Assembly (NCBI GenBank): GCA_937951935.1
Contig: CALGAM010000133.1
Location: 1,543-65,542, forward strand
Length of the DNA stretch: 64,000 nt
Origin: an uncultured Micromonospora sp.
GTDB lineage: Bacteria; Actinomycetota; Actinomycetes; Mycobacteriales; Micromonosporaceae
Direction of reading: 5' to 3'
A program made the translations under genes and the position numbers. Shown piece after piece: positions 41,444 to 51,167 of this stretch (positions within the stretch are counted from its first letter, which is position 1; every line of letters begins with the position of its first letter). Below the pieces are notes generated by a model. That model made no database searches. It worked only from the letters and a program-made list of their open reading frames with translations, and had not been told where the DNA came from.

Positions 41444-42789
41444 CGAAGCCTGTCCGTCTGGCCCTGCTGGGCTGCGGGACCGTCGGTGCCGAGGTGGTAC
41501 GCCTGCTGCACGAGCAGGCCGCGGACCTGACCGCCCGGGTCGGGGCCCCGCTGGAGTTGGTCGGCATCGCCGTACGCCGGCCCAACCGGGACCGGGGACC
41601 GCTGCCGGTCGAGCCGGGCCTGTTCACCACCGACGCCCTCGGCCTGGTCAAGCGGGACGACGTCGACCTGGTGATCGAGGTGGTCGGCGGGATCGAGCCG
41701 GCCCGGAGTTGGCTGGTCGAGGCGCTGCGGGCCGGCAAGAGCGTGGTGACCGCCAACAAGGCGCTGCTCGCCGAGGACGGCGGCACGTTGCACGACGCCG
41801 CCGCCGAGGGTGGGGCCGACCTCTACTACGAGGCGGCGGTGGCCGGTGCCATCCCGCTGCTGCGCCCGCTGCGCGAGTCGCTGCACGGTGACACCATCAC
41901 CCGGGTCACCGGCATCGTCAACGGCACCACCAACTACATCCTCTCGGCGATGGAGGCCACGGGGGCCGGCTTCGCCGAGGCACTGGAGGAGGCGACCGCG
42001 CTCGGCTACGCCGAGGCGGACCCGACCGCCGACGTGGAGGGGTTCGACGCCGCCGCCAAGGCGGCGATCCTCGCCTCCCTCGCCTTCCACACCCGGGTGA
42101 CCGCCGCGGACGTGTACCGGGAGGGGATCACCGAGGTCACCGCAGCCGACATGGCCAGCGCCAAGGCGATGGGCTGCACCATCAAACTGCTCTGCATCGC
42201 CTCCCGGGGCCCGGACTCCACCGGCGCCGACTCGATCAGCGTCCGGGTACACCCGGCGATGATCCCGCTGAGCCACCCGCTGGCCAGCGTCGGCGAGGCG
42301 TTCAACGCGGTCTTCGTCGAGGCGGTCGCCGCCGGCCAGCTCATGTTCTACGGCCGGGGCGCGGGTGGGGCGCCGACCGCGAGCGCGGTGCTCGGCGACG
42401 TGGTGGCGGCGGCCCGCAACCACCTGGCCGGGGTGCGGGTGCCGAGCGAGTCGGCGTACGCGGCGCTGCCCATCCGGCCGATGGGGGAGGCGATCACCCG
42501 GTACCACATCAGCCTCGACGTCGCCGACCGGCCGGGCGTGCTCGCCACGGTCGCCGGGGTCTTCGCCCGGCACGACGTGTCGATCGCGACCGTGCGGCAG
42601 GCGTCCGTGCCGCCGGGACCGCGGGGCGTTTCCGGCGGCACGGTGGCGCGCGGCGGCGACGCGGACCTGGTCATCGTCACGCACGCCGCGCCGGACGCGG
42701 CGCTCGCCGCCACCGTCGCGGAGCTGCGCCAGCTGGAGATCGTCCGCTCGATCGCCAGCGTGCTGCGGGTCGAGGGCGAGGGCGGCTAG
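41440..42789 (+). CDS. hom: Homoserine dehydrogenase (with ACT domain)
   Basis: GCGTVG, VTANKA, NGTTNYIL, GYAEADP. Confidence 0.95.
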   Translation: MTKPVRLALLGCGTVGAEVVRLLHEQAADLTARVGAPLELVGIAVRRPNRDRGPLPVEPGLFTTDALGLVKRDDVDLVIEVVGGIEPARSWLVEALRAGKSVVTANKALLAEDGGTLHDAAAEGGADLYYEAAVAGAIPLLRPLRESLHGDTITRVTGIVNGTTNYILSAMEATGAGFAEALEEATALGYAEADPTADVEGFDAAAKAAILASLAFHTRVTAADVYREGITEVTAADMASAKAMGCTIKLLCIASRGPDSTGADSISVRVHPAMIPLSHPLASVGEAFNAVFVEAVAAGQLMFYGRGAGGAPTASAVLGDVVAAARNHLAGVRVPSESAYAALPIRPMGEAITRYHISLDVADRPGVLATVAGVFARHDVSIATVRQASVPPGPRGVSGGTVARGGDADLVIVTHAAPDAALAATVAELRQLEIVRSIASVLRVEGEGG

Positions 42790-42838
42790 ATCCCTCCGCC
42801 GCCCCCGTGGCGACATCCCTCCGCCGCCCCGTGGCGAC
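42790..42838 (+). repeat. ~25-bp tandem duplication after hom stop
   Basis: ATCCCTCCGCCGCCCC(C)GTGGCGAC x2. Confidence 0.7.
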
Positions 42839-43069
42839 CGCGTGGTTATCGTCATGGGCGGGCGTGATCGCGGCCGATCGACGAGGCCCGCGGCCGAGGG
42901 CGACCACGCGGGGTGACGGCGCGGCGGGCCTCGGGAAGTGGGCGCCGCGTCCCGCCAGGTGGTTACCGGGTGGCGTGGCGGTCGCCGGTCGGCGGCGGTG
43001 CGTCACCGTGGATACGGCCGCCGACCGGCGGCCGTGGCGCAGACGACGCACGGAGGCGAGGAGAGCGAC

Positions 43070-44119
43070 ATGTGGCGCGGTCTGATCGAGGCGTACCGGG
43101 AGCGGCTGCCGGTCAGCGACGCCACGCCGGTGATCACCCTGTACGAGGGGAACACCCCGCTGATCCCGGCTCCGGTGCTGTCCAGCCGGACCGGCTGCGA
43201 CGTCTACCTCAAGGTCGAGGGGGCCAACCCGACCGGTTCGTTCAAGGACCGGGGGATGACCCTGGCGGTCTCCAAGGCGGTCGAGGCCGGGAACAAGGCC
43301 ATCATCTGCGCCTCCACCGGTAACACCAGCGCCTCCGCGGCGGCGTACGCGGCCCGGGCCGGGCTCACCTGCGCCGTCCTGGTGCCACAGGGCAAGATCG
43401 CCCTCGGCAAGCTGGCCCAGGCGCTGGTGCACGGCGCGCGACTGTTGCAGGTCAACGGCAACTTCGACGACTGCCTGTCGCTTGCCGCCAAGCTCGCCCT
43501 GGACTACCCGGTGGCGTTGGTCAACTCGGTCAACGTCGACCGCCTGCACGGCCAGAAGACGGCCGCGTTCGAGATCGTCGAGGCGCTCGGCGACGCCCCC
43601 GACATCCACTGCCTGCCGGTCGGCAACGCCGGCAACATCACGGCGTACTGGATGGGGTACCAGGAGGAGGCCGAGGCGGGCAACGCCACCCGCAGGCCGC
43701 GGATGTACGGCTTCCAGGCGTCCGGCGCGGCGCCGATCGTCACCGGTCAGGCGGTTCCCAATCCGTCGACCATCGCCACGGCGATCCGGATCGGCAACCC
43801 AGCGAGCTGGACCAAGGCGGTCGACGCGCGGGACGCCTCCGGTGGCCTGATCGCCGCGGTGACCGACCGGGAGATCCTCGCCGCCTACCGGCTGCTCGCC
43901 CGGGAGGTCGGGATCTTCGTCGAACTGGCCAGCGCGGCCAGCGTCGCCGGGCTGTTGCAGCAGGCCGCGGCGGGCACGGTACCCAGCGGCGCCACGGTGG
44001 TCTGCACGGTGACCGGGCACGGGCTCAAGGACCCGGAGTGGGCCATCTCGACCGCGCCCTCGCCGATCACCGTCCAGAACGACGTGCTGACCGCGGCCCG
44101 CGCACTCGACCTGGCCTGA
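43070..44119 (+). CDS. thrC: Threonine synthase
   Basis: [31 protein letters not shown]. Confidence 0.96.
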   Translation: MWRGLIEAYRERLPVSDATPVITLYEGNTPLIPAPVLSSRTGCDVYLKVEGANPTGSFKDRGMTLAVSKAVEAGNKAIICASTGNTSASAAAYAARAGLTCAVLVPQGKIALGKLAQALVHGARLLQVNGNFDDCLSLAAKLALDYPVALVNSVNVDRLHGQKTAAFEIVEALGDAPDIHCLPVGNAGNITAYWMGYQEEAEAGNATRRPRMYGFQASGAAPIVTGQAVPNPSTIATAIRIGNPASWTKAVDARDASGGLIAAVTDREILAAYRLLAREVGIFVELASAASVAGLLQQAAAGTVPSGATVVCTVTGHGLKDPEWAISTAPSPITVQNDVLTAARALDLA

Positions 44120-44375
44120 GAGCGGCGCGCGGCCGCGCACCGGCGGCCGGAGCGCCCGCGTGGCGTCGACCCGCGGACGCCGGAGGGCTGAGAGGATGAC
44201 CGTCCAACGGAGACGAAGACCGGTCACCCACCCGGCCCGCCGGGGACGGTGATCCGGAGCGCCCCCACAGCGCGGTGACGAACCGCGTCAGGCACACTGC
44301 TCGTGCCGCGCAGACTCGGACCCGCGCAAGCCTCTGTCACCTCGCGCTACTCAACGCACAGGAGTGAGCCGCCGC

Positions 44376-47300
44376 ATGTCGTTGCTCGCCAGACTCAGTC
44401 TCGCCAACCGGGGACTGGTCGCCCTCGTCGCGATCGTGGTCACGGCGTTCGGGGCGTACGCCATACCGTCGCTGAAGCAGCAGCTTCTGCCGTCGCTGGA
44501 GTTTCCGGCGGCGTTCATCGTCGCGCCGTACCCGGGTGCCGGGCCGGAGGTGGTCGAGGCGCAGGTCGCCGAGCCGATCGAGAACAGCATCCGCGGCATC
44601 GCCGGACTGACGAAGGTCACCTCGACCTCCCGGGAGGGCAGCGCCACCCTGCAGGTGGAGTTCGAGTTCGGCACCGACCTCGACGACGCGGTCAACAAGC
44701 TGCAGACGTCGATCAACCGGATCGGGACGCAGCTGCCGGAGGGGGTCGAGCCGCAGGTGCTGGCCGGCAGCACCGAGGACATCCCGGCGGTGGTGCTGGC
44801 GGCGTCCGGCGGCGGTGACGAGCAGGCCCTCGCGCGGCGGCTCACCGACGTCGTCGTACCCGCGCTCGAGGGCATCGAGGGGGTCCGCTCGGTCGAGCTG
44901 ACCGGTGCCCGCGACGTGCAGGTGGTGATCACGCCGGATCCGGCCAGGCTCGCCGCCGCCCGGGTGGCCCAGACGGCCATCGCCACCGCGTTGCAGGCCA
45001 ACGGCGTGACCGTTCCGGCGGGCGGTGTCACCGAGAACGACCAGACCCGCGTGGTCCAGGTCGGCGGCCGGCTCACCTCGGTCGAGGACCTCGCGAACAT
45101 CTACCTGACGCCGGCCCAGGCCGGCGCGGCCCCGGTCCGGCTCGGCGACGTCGCCACCGTCGAGGAGCAGCTCGCCGCGCCGACGTCGTTCACCCGGACC
45201 GACGGCGCGGACAGCCTGGGCATCATGATCACCGCCACTCCGGACGGGAACGCCGTCCGGATCTCGCACGAGATCCGGGACCGGCTCGACGAGCTCGCCG
45301 CCGCCTCGGGCGCCAGCCTCACCGTCGTCTTCGACCAGGCGCCGTTCGTCGAGAGGTCGATCGAGAGCCTCACCACCGAGGGTCTGCTCGGTCTGGTGAT
45401 GGCGGTGCTGGTGATCCTGGTCTTCCTCCTCTCCGTCCGGTCCACCCTGGTCACCGCGGTCTCCATCCCGCTGTCCGTGCTGGTGGCGCTGCTGGCGCTG
45501 TGGATCGGCGACTACTCGTTGAACCTGCTCACCCTCGGCGCGCTGACCATCGCGGTCGGTCGGGTGGTGGACGACTCGATCGTCGTCCTGGAGAACATCA
45601 AGCGGCATCTCGGGTACGGCGAGGACAAGCGCACCGCCATCCTGAACGGCGTCCGCGAGGTGGCCGGGGCGGTCACCGCCTCCACGCTCACCACCGTCGC
45701 GGTCTTCACCCCGATCGTGCTGGTCGGCGGCTTCGTCGGGCAGCTCTTCGCGCCGTTCGCGGTCACCGTGACCGTGGCGCTGCTCGCCTCCCTGCTGGTC
45801 TCGCTGACCATCATCCCCGTGCTGGCGTACTGGTTCCTCCGGCCGGCCAACGGCGCGAACGCAAAGGAGATCCGCCGGGTGGCGGAGGAGAGGGAGCTGC
45901 GGAACCCGCTGCAGCGGGCCTACCTGCCGGTGATCCGGTTCGCCACCCAGCGACGCTGGCTCACCGTCGGGCTCGGGCTGGTGGTGCTCCTCGGCACGTT
46001 CGGGCTCGCCACCCGGCTGGAGACCAACTTCCTCGACGACTCCGGACAGGACACCCTCACCGTCCGGCAGGAGTTGCCGGTCGGGACGAGCCTGGCCGCC
46101 ACCGACGCGGCCGCCCGGAAGGTCGAGGCGGTGCTGGCCCGTACCGACGGGATCAAGACGTACCAGGTGACCGTCGGCGGCGGCGACCTGTTCGGCGGCG
46201 GGGGTGCCGCCAACAGCGCGAGCTTCTCGATCGCCCTGACGCCGGACGCCGACGCCGACCGGGTCGAGCGGGCGCTGCGGGCCGAGTTCGCCAGCCTCAC
46301 CGGGGTCGGGGAACTCCGTTTCGGCGGCGCCGGCGGCCCCGGTGGCGGCTCGCTCGACGAGCTGCAGGTGATCGTGCAGGCGCCGGACGCCGACGTCCTG
46401 AGCCGGGCGAGTGAACGGGTCCGGCAGGTGATGTCGGAACTGCCCGGGGTCACCGACGTCCAGAGCAGCCTGGCGCAGAGCGCACCCCGGATCGACGTCA
46501 CCGTCGACCGCGCCGCCGCCGCCCGGGTCGGGCTCACCGAGGCCGCCGTCGGCCAGCTCGTCGCCCAGCAGTTCCGGGGTACGCCGCTCGGCCAGGTCAC
46601 CCTCGGCGGGCAGCCGCGGGACGTGGTGCTCCGCACCGGGATGCCGCCGGCCGGCGTCGAGGCGCTGCGGGCGCTGCCGGTCGGGCCCGGCGGCGCGGTG
46701 AAACTCGACGACATCGCCGACGTCACCGAGGTGCAGGGGCCGCTGGCGGTGACCCGGATCGACGGCCGGCGCAGCGTGACGGTCAGCGGTACGGTGACCG
46801 GGAGGAACCTGGGAGCCATCACCGCCGACCTCCAGCGGCGGCTCGACGCGCTCGACGTCCCGGGGGCGACGTTCACCATCGGCGGGGTCGGCGCCGAGCA
46901 ACGGGAGGCCTTCGCCGACCTGGGGCTGGCGGTCCTCGCCGCGATCGCGATCGTCTTCGTGATCATGGTCGCCACCTTCGGCAGCCTGATCCAGCCGCTG
47001 ATCCTGCTGGTCTCCGTGCCGTTCGCCGCCACCGGCGCGATCGGCCTGCTGCTGGCCACCGGCACGCCGCTCGGCGTACCGGCCCTGATCGGCATCCTGA
47101 TGCTGGTCGGCATCGTGGTGACGAACGCGATCGTGCTGATGGACCTGATCAACCAGTACCGGGCCCAGGGCATGGGCGTGGTGGAGGCGGTGGTCGAGGG
47201 TGGCCGGCGTCGGCTGCGGCCGATCCTGATGACCGCCATCGCCACCATCTTCGCCCTGCTGCCGATGGCGTTCGGCCTGACCGGCGAGGGCGGCTTCATC

Positions 47301-47654
47301 TCGCAGCCGCTGGCCATCGTGGTGATCGGCGGCCTGGTCAGCTCGACGCTGCTGACCCTGGTGCTGGTGCCGACGCTCTACACGATGGTCGAGAACACCA
47401 AGGAGCGGCTGCGGCGGCGTCGCGGCGGGTCGGAGGCCGGCACGAGGCTGCAGGCCCCGGCCGGGGGCGGGGACGGGGCGCCGGCCGACGGGGCCGACGC
47501 CGGATCCGGGTCGACCGAGGAGGCCGCCGAGGCCGCGCCGGCCCCCGGACGGCCGCTTCCCTCCGGCGCCCTCGTGGACGGGACGGACCAGTTCGAGGTG
47601 CTGCGGCTGCCGCGAACCCGCCGGGCACCGCTGCCACCGAGCCCGGAGAGCTGA
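44376..47654 (+). CDS. RND efflux permease (AcrB-family)
   Basis: GRVVDDSIVVLENI, RLRPILMT, two TM bundles. Confidence 0.93.
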   Translation: MSLLARLSLANRGLVALVAIVVTAFGAYAIPSLKQQLLPSLEFPAAFIVAPYPGAGPEVVEAQVAEPIENSIRGIAGLTKVTSTSREGSATLQVEFEFGTDLDDAVNKLQTSINRIGTQLPEGVEPQVLAGSTEDIPAVVLAASGGGDEQALARRLTDVVVPALEGIEGVRSVELTGARDVQVVITPDPARLAAARVAQTAIATALQANGVTVPAGGVTENDQTRVVQVGGRLTSVEDLANIYLTPAQAGAAPVRLGDVATVEEQLAAPTSFTRTDGADSLGIMITATPDGNAVRISHEIRDRLDELAAASGASLTVVFDQAPFVERSIESLTTEGLLGLVMAVLVILVFLLSVRSTLVTAVSIPLSVLVALLALWIGDYSLNLLTLGALTIAVGRVVDDSIVVLENIKRHLGYGEDKRTAILNGVREVAGAVTASTLTTVAVFTPIVLVGGFVGQLFAPFAVTVTVALLASLLVSLTIIPVLAYWFLRPANGANAKEIRRVAEERELRNPLQRAYLPVIRFATQRRWLTVGLGLVVLLGTFGLATRLETNFLDDSGQDTLTVRQELPVGTSLAATDAAARKVEAVLARTDGIKTYQVTVGGGDLFGGGGAANSASFSIALTPDADADRVERALRAEFASLTGVGELRFGGAGGPGGGSLDELQVIVQAPDADVLSRASERVRQVMSELPGVTDVQSSLAQSAPRIDVTVDRAAAARVGLTEAAVGQLVAQQFRGTPLGQVTLGGQPRDVVLRTGMPPAGVEALRALPVGPGGAVKLDDIADVTEVQGPLAVTRIDGRRSVTVSGTVTGRNLGAITADLQRRLDALDVPGATFTIGGVGAEQREAFADLGLAVLAAIAIVFVIMVATFGSLIQPLILLVSVPFAATGAIGLLLATGTPLGVPALIGILMLVGIVVTNAIVLMDLINQYRAQGMGVVEAVVEGGRRRLRPILMTAIATIFALLPMAFGLTGEGGFISQPLAIVVIGGLVSSTLLTLVLVPTLYTMVENTKERLRRRRGGSEAGTRLQAPAGGGDGAPADGADAGSGSTEEAAEAAPAPGRPLPSGALVDGTDQFEVLRLPRTRRAPLPPSPES

Positions 47655-47804
47655 CCGTCGCCGGGTGTGGTCGGGCGGACGGCCCGCCCGACCACACCCG
47701 GCCGCCGTGGCCGGACGCCGCCCGGGGCGGATCTGGGCGCGGCGGGCCGGTCGACGGCCCCGGCAGGGGCGCTGGCCAGGCCGGGGAGGGTAAGGTTCCG
47801 GTAC

Positions 47805-49058
47805 GTGTCGTCGCCCCTTTCGGTCCTTACCCGCAACCGGGACTTCCGTCATCTGTTCGCCGCCGAACTGGTGGTCTTCGGTGCCGACTGGTTCGTCATG
47901 GTGCCGCTGTTGGTGCTGCTGCCGGAGCTGACCGGCAGCGGTGTGTGGGGAGCGCTGGTGCTCGCCGCGGACACCGGGATCCTCGCCCTGCTGCTGCCGT
48001 ACGCCGGGACCGTCGCGGACCGGGTGGACCGCAAGAAGGTCATGGTCGGGGCGAACGTGACCGCGCTGCTCGCGGTGCTGCTCCTGCTCGGCGTCCGCAA
48101 CGCCGCCACCGCCTGGCTGGCGCTGCTGGCGATCGGGGCGGTCGCGGTGGCCAAGGCGTTCTACTCCCCGGCGGCCCAGGCGGCTCTGCCGAACGTGGTC
48201 GACCCGGTCGACCTCGCCGGGGCGAACGCGGTCGCCGGCTCGGCGTGGGGGACGATGACCGTCGTCGGGGCCTCGCTCGGTGGGGTGCTGACCGCCGCGT
48301 TGGGCGCGTACGCCTGCTTCGGGGTGGCGGCGGCCTGCCTGGCCGGGGCCGCGGGCCTCACCTGGCTGATCCGCCGCCCGATGCAGGCGCCGCGGACCGA
48401 GAACGGCCCGGCCCAGCGCCCCTGGACGGCGATCCGGGAGGCGCTGCGGTACATCGCCGGCCGACCCCGGGTGCTGGCGCTGGTGACCGTCAAGAGCGCG
48501 GTCGGGCTCGGCAACGGCGTGCTCACCGTCTTCCCACTGCTGGCCGGGTTGTACGGGGCCGGGGCGGTGGGCACCGGCCTGCTCTTCGCGTCGCGCGGCG
48601 CCGGGGCCCTGGTCGGGCCGCTGCTGACGCGCCGGGTCCTGACCCGCCGGACGTGGCTGCTGACCGGGCTCGCGGTCTCCATGTCGGCGTACGGCCTGGC
48701 CTACGTCGGGGTCTCCGTCGCCGGCTGGTTCCCGCTGGTGCTGCTCCTCGTCTTCGTCGCCCACCTGGGCGGCGGCAGCAACTGGGTGCTGTCGAACTTC
48801 GCCCTGCAGGGCGAGGTGCCGGACCGGCTGCGGGGGCGCGTCTTCGCCACCGACATGATGCTGGCGACCCTGGCCATCGCGGTCAGCCAGCTCGGGGTGG
48901 CGGCCGTGGTGGACCACGTCGACGAGCGGGTGGTGCTGGCCGGGTGCGGCCTCGTCACCATGGTGTACGCGGTGGGCTGGTGGCTGGCGACCCGCCGGCT
49001 CGACATGTCCGGCGAGCAGGGGACCGGGCCGGCGGTGCGGGCCGCGTCAGGGGTGTGA
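47805..49058 (+). CDS. MFS transporter
   Basis: GTVADRVDRKKVM motif A; ~12 TM. Confidence 0.9.
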   Translation: MSSPLSVLTRNRDFRHLFAAELVVFGADWFVMVPLLVLLPELTGSGVWGALVLAADTGILALLLPYAGTVADRVDRKKVMVGANVTALLAVLLLLGVRNAATAWLALLAIGAVAVAKAFYSPAAQAALPNVVDPVDLAGANAVAGSAWGTMTVVGASLGGVLTAALGAYACFGVAAACLAGAAGLTWLIRRPMQAPRTENGPAQRPWTAIREALRYIAGRPRVLALVTVKSAVGLGNGVLTVFPLLAGLYGAGAVGTGLLFASRGAGALVGPLLTRRVLTRRTWLLTGLAVSMSAYGLAYVGVSVAGWFPLVLLLVFVAHLGGGSNWVLSNFALQGEVPDRLRGRVFATDMMLATLAIAVSQLGVAAVVDHVDERVVLAGCGLVTMVYAVGWWLATRRLDMSGEQGTGPAVRAASGV

Positions 49059-49086
49059 CCGTCGTCCCGGACGCGGCGACGGTGGG

Positions 49087-49800
49087 TTGACCGCCTCCCG
49101 CCGGGGTAAGACGTGTCGCATCGACACGCTGCCCGGGATCGGACGTGCCGGCCGCCTGGCGAGGTGGCGCGGCGGGCGACTGCTGCATCCGCGCGGAATC
49201 TCGTTCACCGGCCGGATCGACGTCTGGGGCTGGCCGGGCGTGCGGCTGCTCGGTGCCCCCGGTCGCCACCCGGTGACGGTCCGGTTCTCCCGGGGGACGC
49301 CGACCCCGGCCGGCTGGCCGGACCTGTTGGGCCTCGCCGTCCGGCTGCACGGCCCGACCGGTCCGTTCGACCTGCTCCTGTCCACCACCGCCGGGCCGCC
49401 GCTGCTGCGCCACGTCCCGGTGCCCCGGCGGGACTTCGCCGGACCGTACGGCAGCCTGGTCGGCTACCGGGTCGACGGCCGACGGGTGTACGTCCTGGCC
49501 CGTGCCCCGCGCCCGCTCGGTCGCGGCCTCGCCGAGGTGGCCGCGGTCGCGGCCCGGGACGGGGTCCGGCTGGAGCTGCTGGCGGCCGGGGCGGCCGGCG
49601 GCTGGTCGGCGTTCGGCCGGGTCGCCGTCGGCGAGCGGCTTCCCGCCGAGGTGGACGCGGCGCTGGCCTTCGACCCGGACGGCGCCCGCGGGTCCCCGCT
49701 GCGCCCGCGCGGCCTGATCCAGCGGCTGCGGAGGGCGACCTACCCCTTCTCGCAACGAATCCGGGGCGCCGCCCGCGACCAGGCGGACCTGCCCCGGTAG
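49087..49800 (+). CDS. Hypothetical catalase-fold-related protein
   Basis: LLHPRG, VRFSRG, DLLGLAVR, LAFDP; start uncertain. Confidence 0.55.
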   Translation: MTASRRGKTCRIDTLPGIGRAGRLARWRGGRLLHPRGISFTGRIDVWGWPGVRLLGAPGRHPVTVRFSRGTPTPAGWPDLLGLAVRLHGPTGPFDLLLSTTAGPPLLRHVPVPRRDFAGPYGSLVGYRVDGRRVYVLARAPRPLGRGLAEVAAVAARDGVRLELLAAGAAGGWSAFGRVAVGERLPAEVDAALAFDPDGARGSPLRPRGLIQRLRRATYPFSQRIRGAARDQADLPR

Positions 49801-49923
49801 CCGCCGTCCGCGGCGGAGCCACCGCCGCGGCGCCACCGGCGCGTCGGGCCGTTCGTCGCCGGCCGTGTCCCAGGGCGCGGACGGCGACGCGGGCGGCCCC
49901 GCGGCGTTGCCTAGCATGAACCG

Positions 49924-50871
49924 GTGCCTCCGTCCTTCGTTTCCGAGCCGGTCCGGGTTCGAGTGCCCGCGACCAGCGCCAACCTCGGCCCGGGGTTCGA
50001 TGCGCTCGGCCTGGCCCTCGCCCTCCACGACGACGTCGCCGCCTGGGTCGCCCCGGCCGGCTGCCGGGTCGAGGTCACCGGGGAGGGCGCGGGTGACCTG
50101 CCGACCGGCGACGACCACCTCGTCGTACGGGCGATGCGGGCCACCTTCGACGCGTTGGGCGGCCAGCCGCCCGGCCTGGCGGTGGAGGCCGTCAACCGGA
50201 TCCCGCAGGCCCGTGGGCTCGGCTCCTCCTCGGCGGCGATCGTCGCCGGGGTGCTCCTGGCCCGGGCCCTGGTCGTCGACGGTGCCGCGCGACTGGACGA
50301 CGCGGCGGTGCTGCGACTGGCGGCCGAGCTGGAGGGACATCCGGACAACGTCGCGCCCTGCCTGCTCGGCGGCGCCACCATCGCCTGGTCGGAACCGGAG
50401 GACGGGGCTCGGGCCGTTCGGCTGTCGGTCACGCCGGAGATCCGGCCGACGGTCCTGATTCCCGAGGAACGCGGGCTGACCGCGGCGGCCCGGGCCGCCC
50501 TGCCGGCGGCGGTGCCGCACGTCGACGCGGCCCGCAACGTCGGGCGGGCGGCGTTGCTGGTGCACGCGCTGACCACGGATCCGGCGCTGCTCTTCCCCGC
50601 CACGGAGGACCGGCTGCACCAGCCGTACCGGGCGGCGGGGATGCCGGCGACCGCTGCCGTGGTGGACGAGCTGCGTGCGTCTGGTGTGGCTGCTGTGGTC
50701 AGTGGGGCGGGACCCACCGTCCTCGCCCTCACCCCGATACCCGACGAACTCCTGCCAGGAATAGGCTGGACCGTGCGACGGTTGGCGATAGACGTAGCCG
50801 GGGCCCGGGTCGACCGGGGTAGACTGGGACACGCCGAGCGGGACCCTGTTGCCGCAGGTCGGAAGAGTTGA
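49924..50871 (+). CDS. thrB: Homoserine kinase
   Basis: PATSANLGPGFD, RGLGSSSAA, EGHPDN, SGAGPT. Confidence 0.96.
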   Translation: MPPSFVSEPVRVRVPATSANLGPGFDALGLALALHDDVAAWVAPAGCRVEVTGEGAGDLPTGDDHLVVRAMRATFDALGGQPPGLAVEAVNRIPQARGLGSSSAAIVAGVLLARALVVDGAARLDDAAVLRLAAELEGHPDNVAPCLLGGATIAWSEPEDGARAVRLSVTPEIRPTVLIPEERGLTAAARAALPAAVPHVDAARNVGRAALLVHALTTDPALLFPATEDRLHQPYRAAGMPATAAVVDELRASGVAAVVSGAGPTVLALTPIPDELLPGIGWTVRRLAIDVAGARVDRGRLGHAERDPVAAGRKS

Positions 50872-51167
50872 TTAGGCTCTAGGCCTAGCACAGCCGCGAA
50901 GCAACGCGACTCCTGCGGGTCGGTGCACCCCCGAAGCTTTCGGCGGTAAGCCCGTCTCACCCCCTGCCTAGGTCTACGCCGTACCGCAGTTTCCACAGGT
51001 CGCCGCAGGCGGCGAGACCTGCTCACCGGTGTTGGTGGGTCGGAAATCCACCGGCTGCTGTGTTGCAGACTCCCGCGACGCGTCAAGCGAGGCGGGTGCA
51101 CCGAGGCCGCCCGGCCACGTGTTTCCAGGCCACGGGCAGCCCCGGCCTTATCGAGGGAAGGACTCCA

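Noticed and set aside
44337-48917. Very long antisense ORFs (also 20583-23924, 38318-41344, 49911-53417)
   Set aside because: Shadow frames opposite well-supported genes, expected in high-GC DNA; no protein motifs.
44376-49800. RND/MFS genes splitting thrC from thrB as a mobile insertion
   Set aside because: Host-like composition and no mobility signs; probably lineage-normal gene order.
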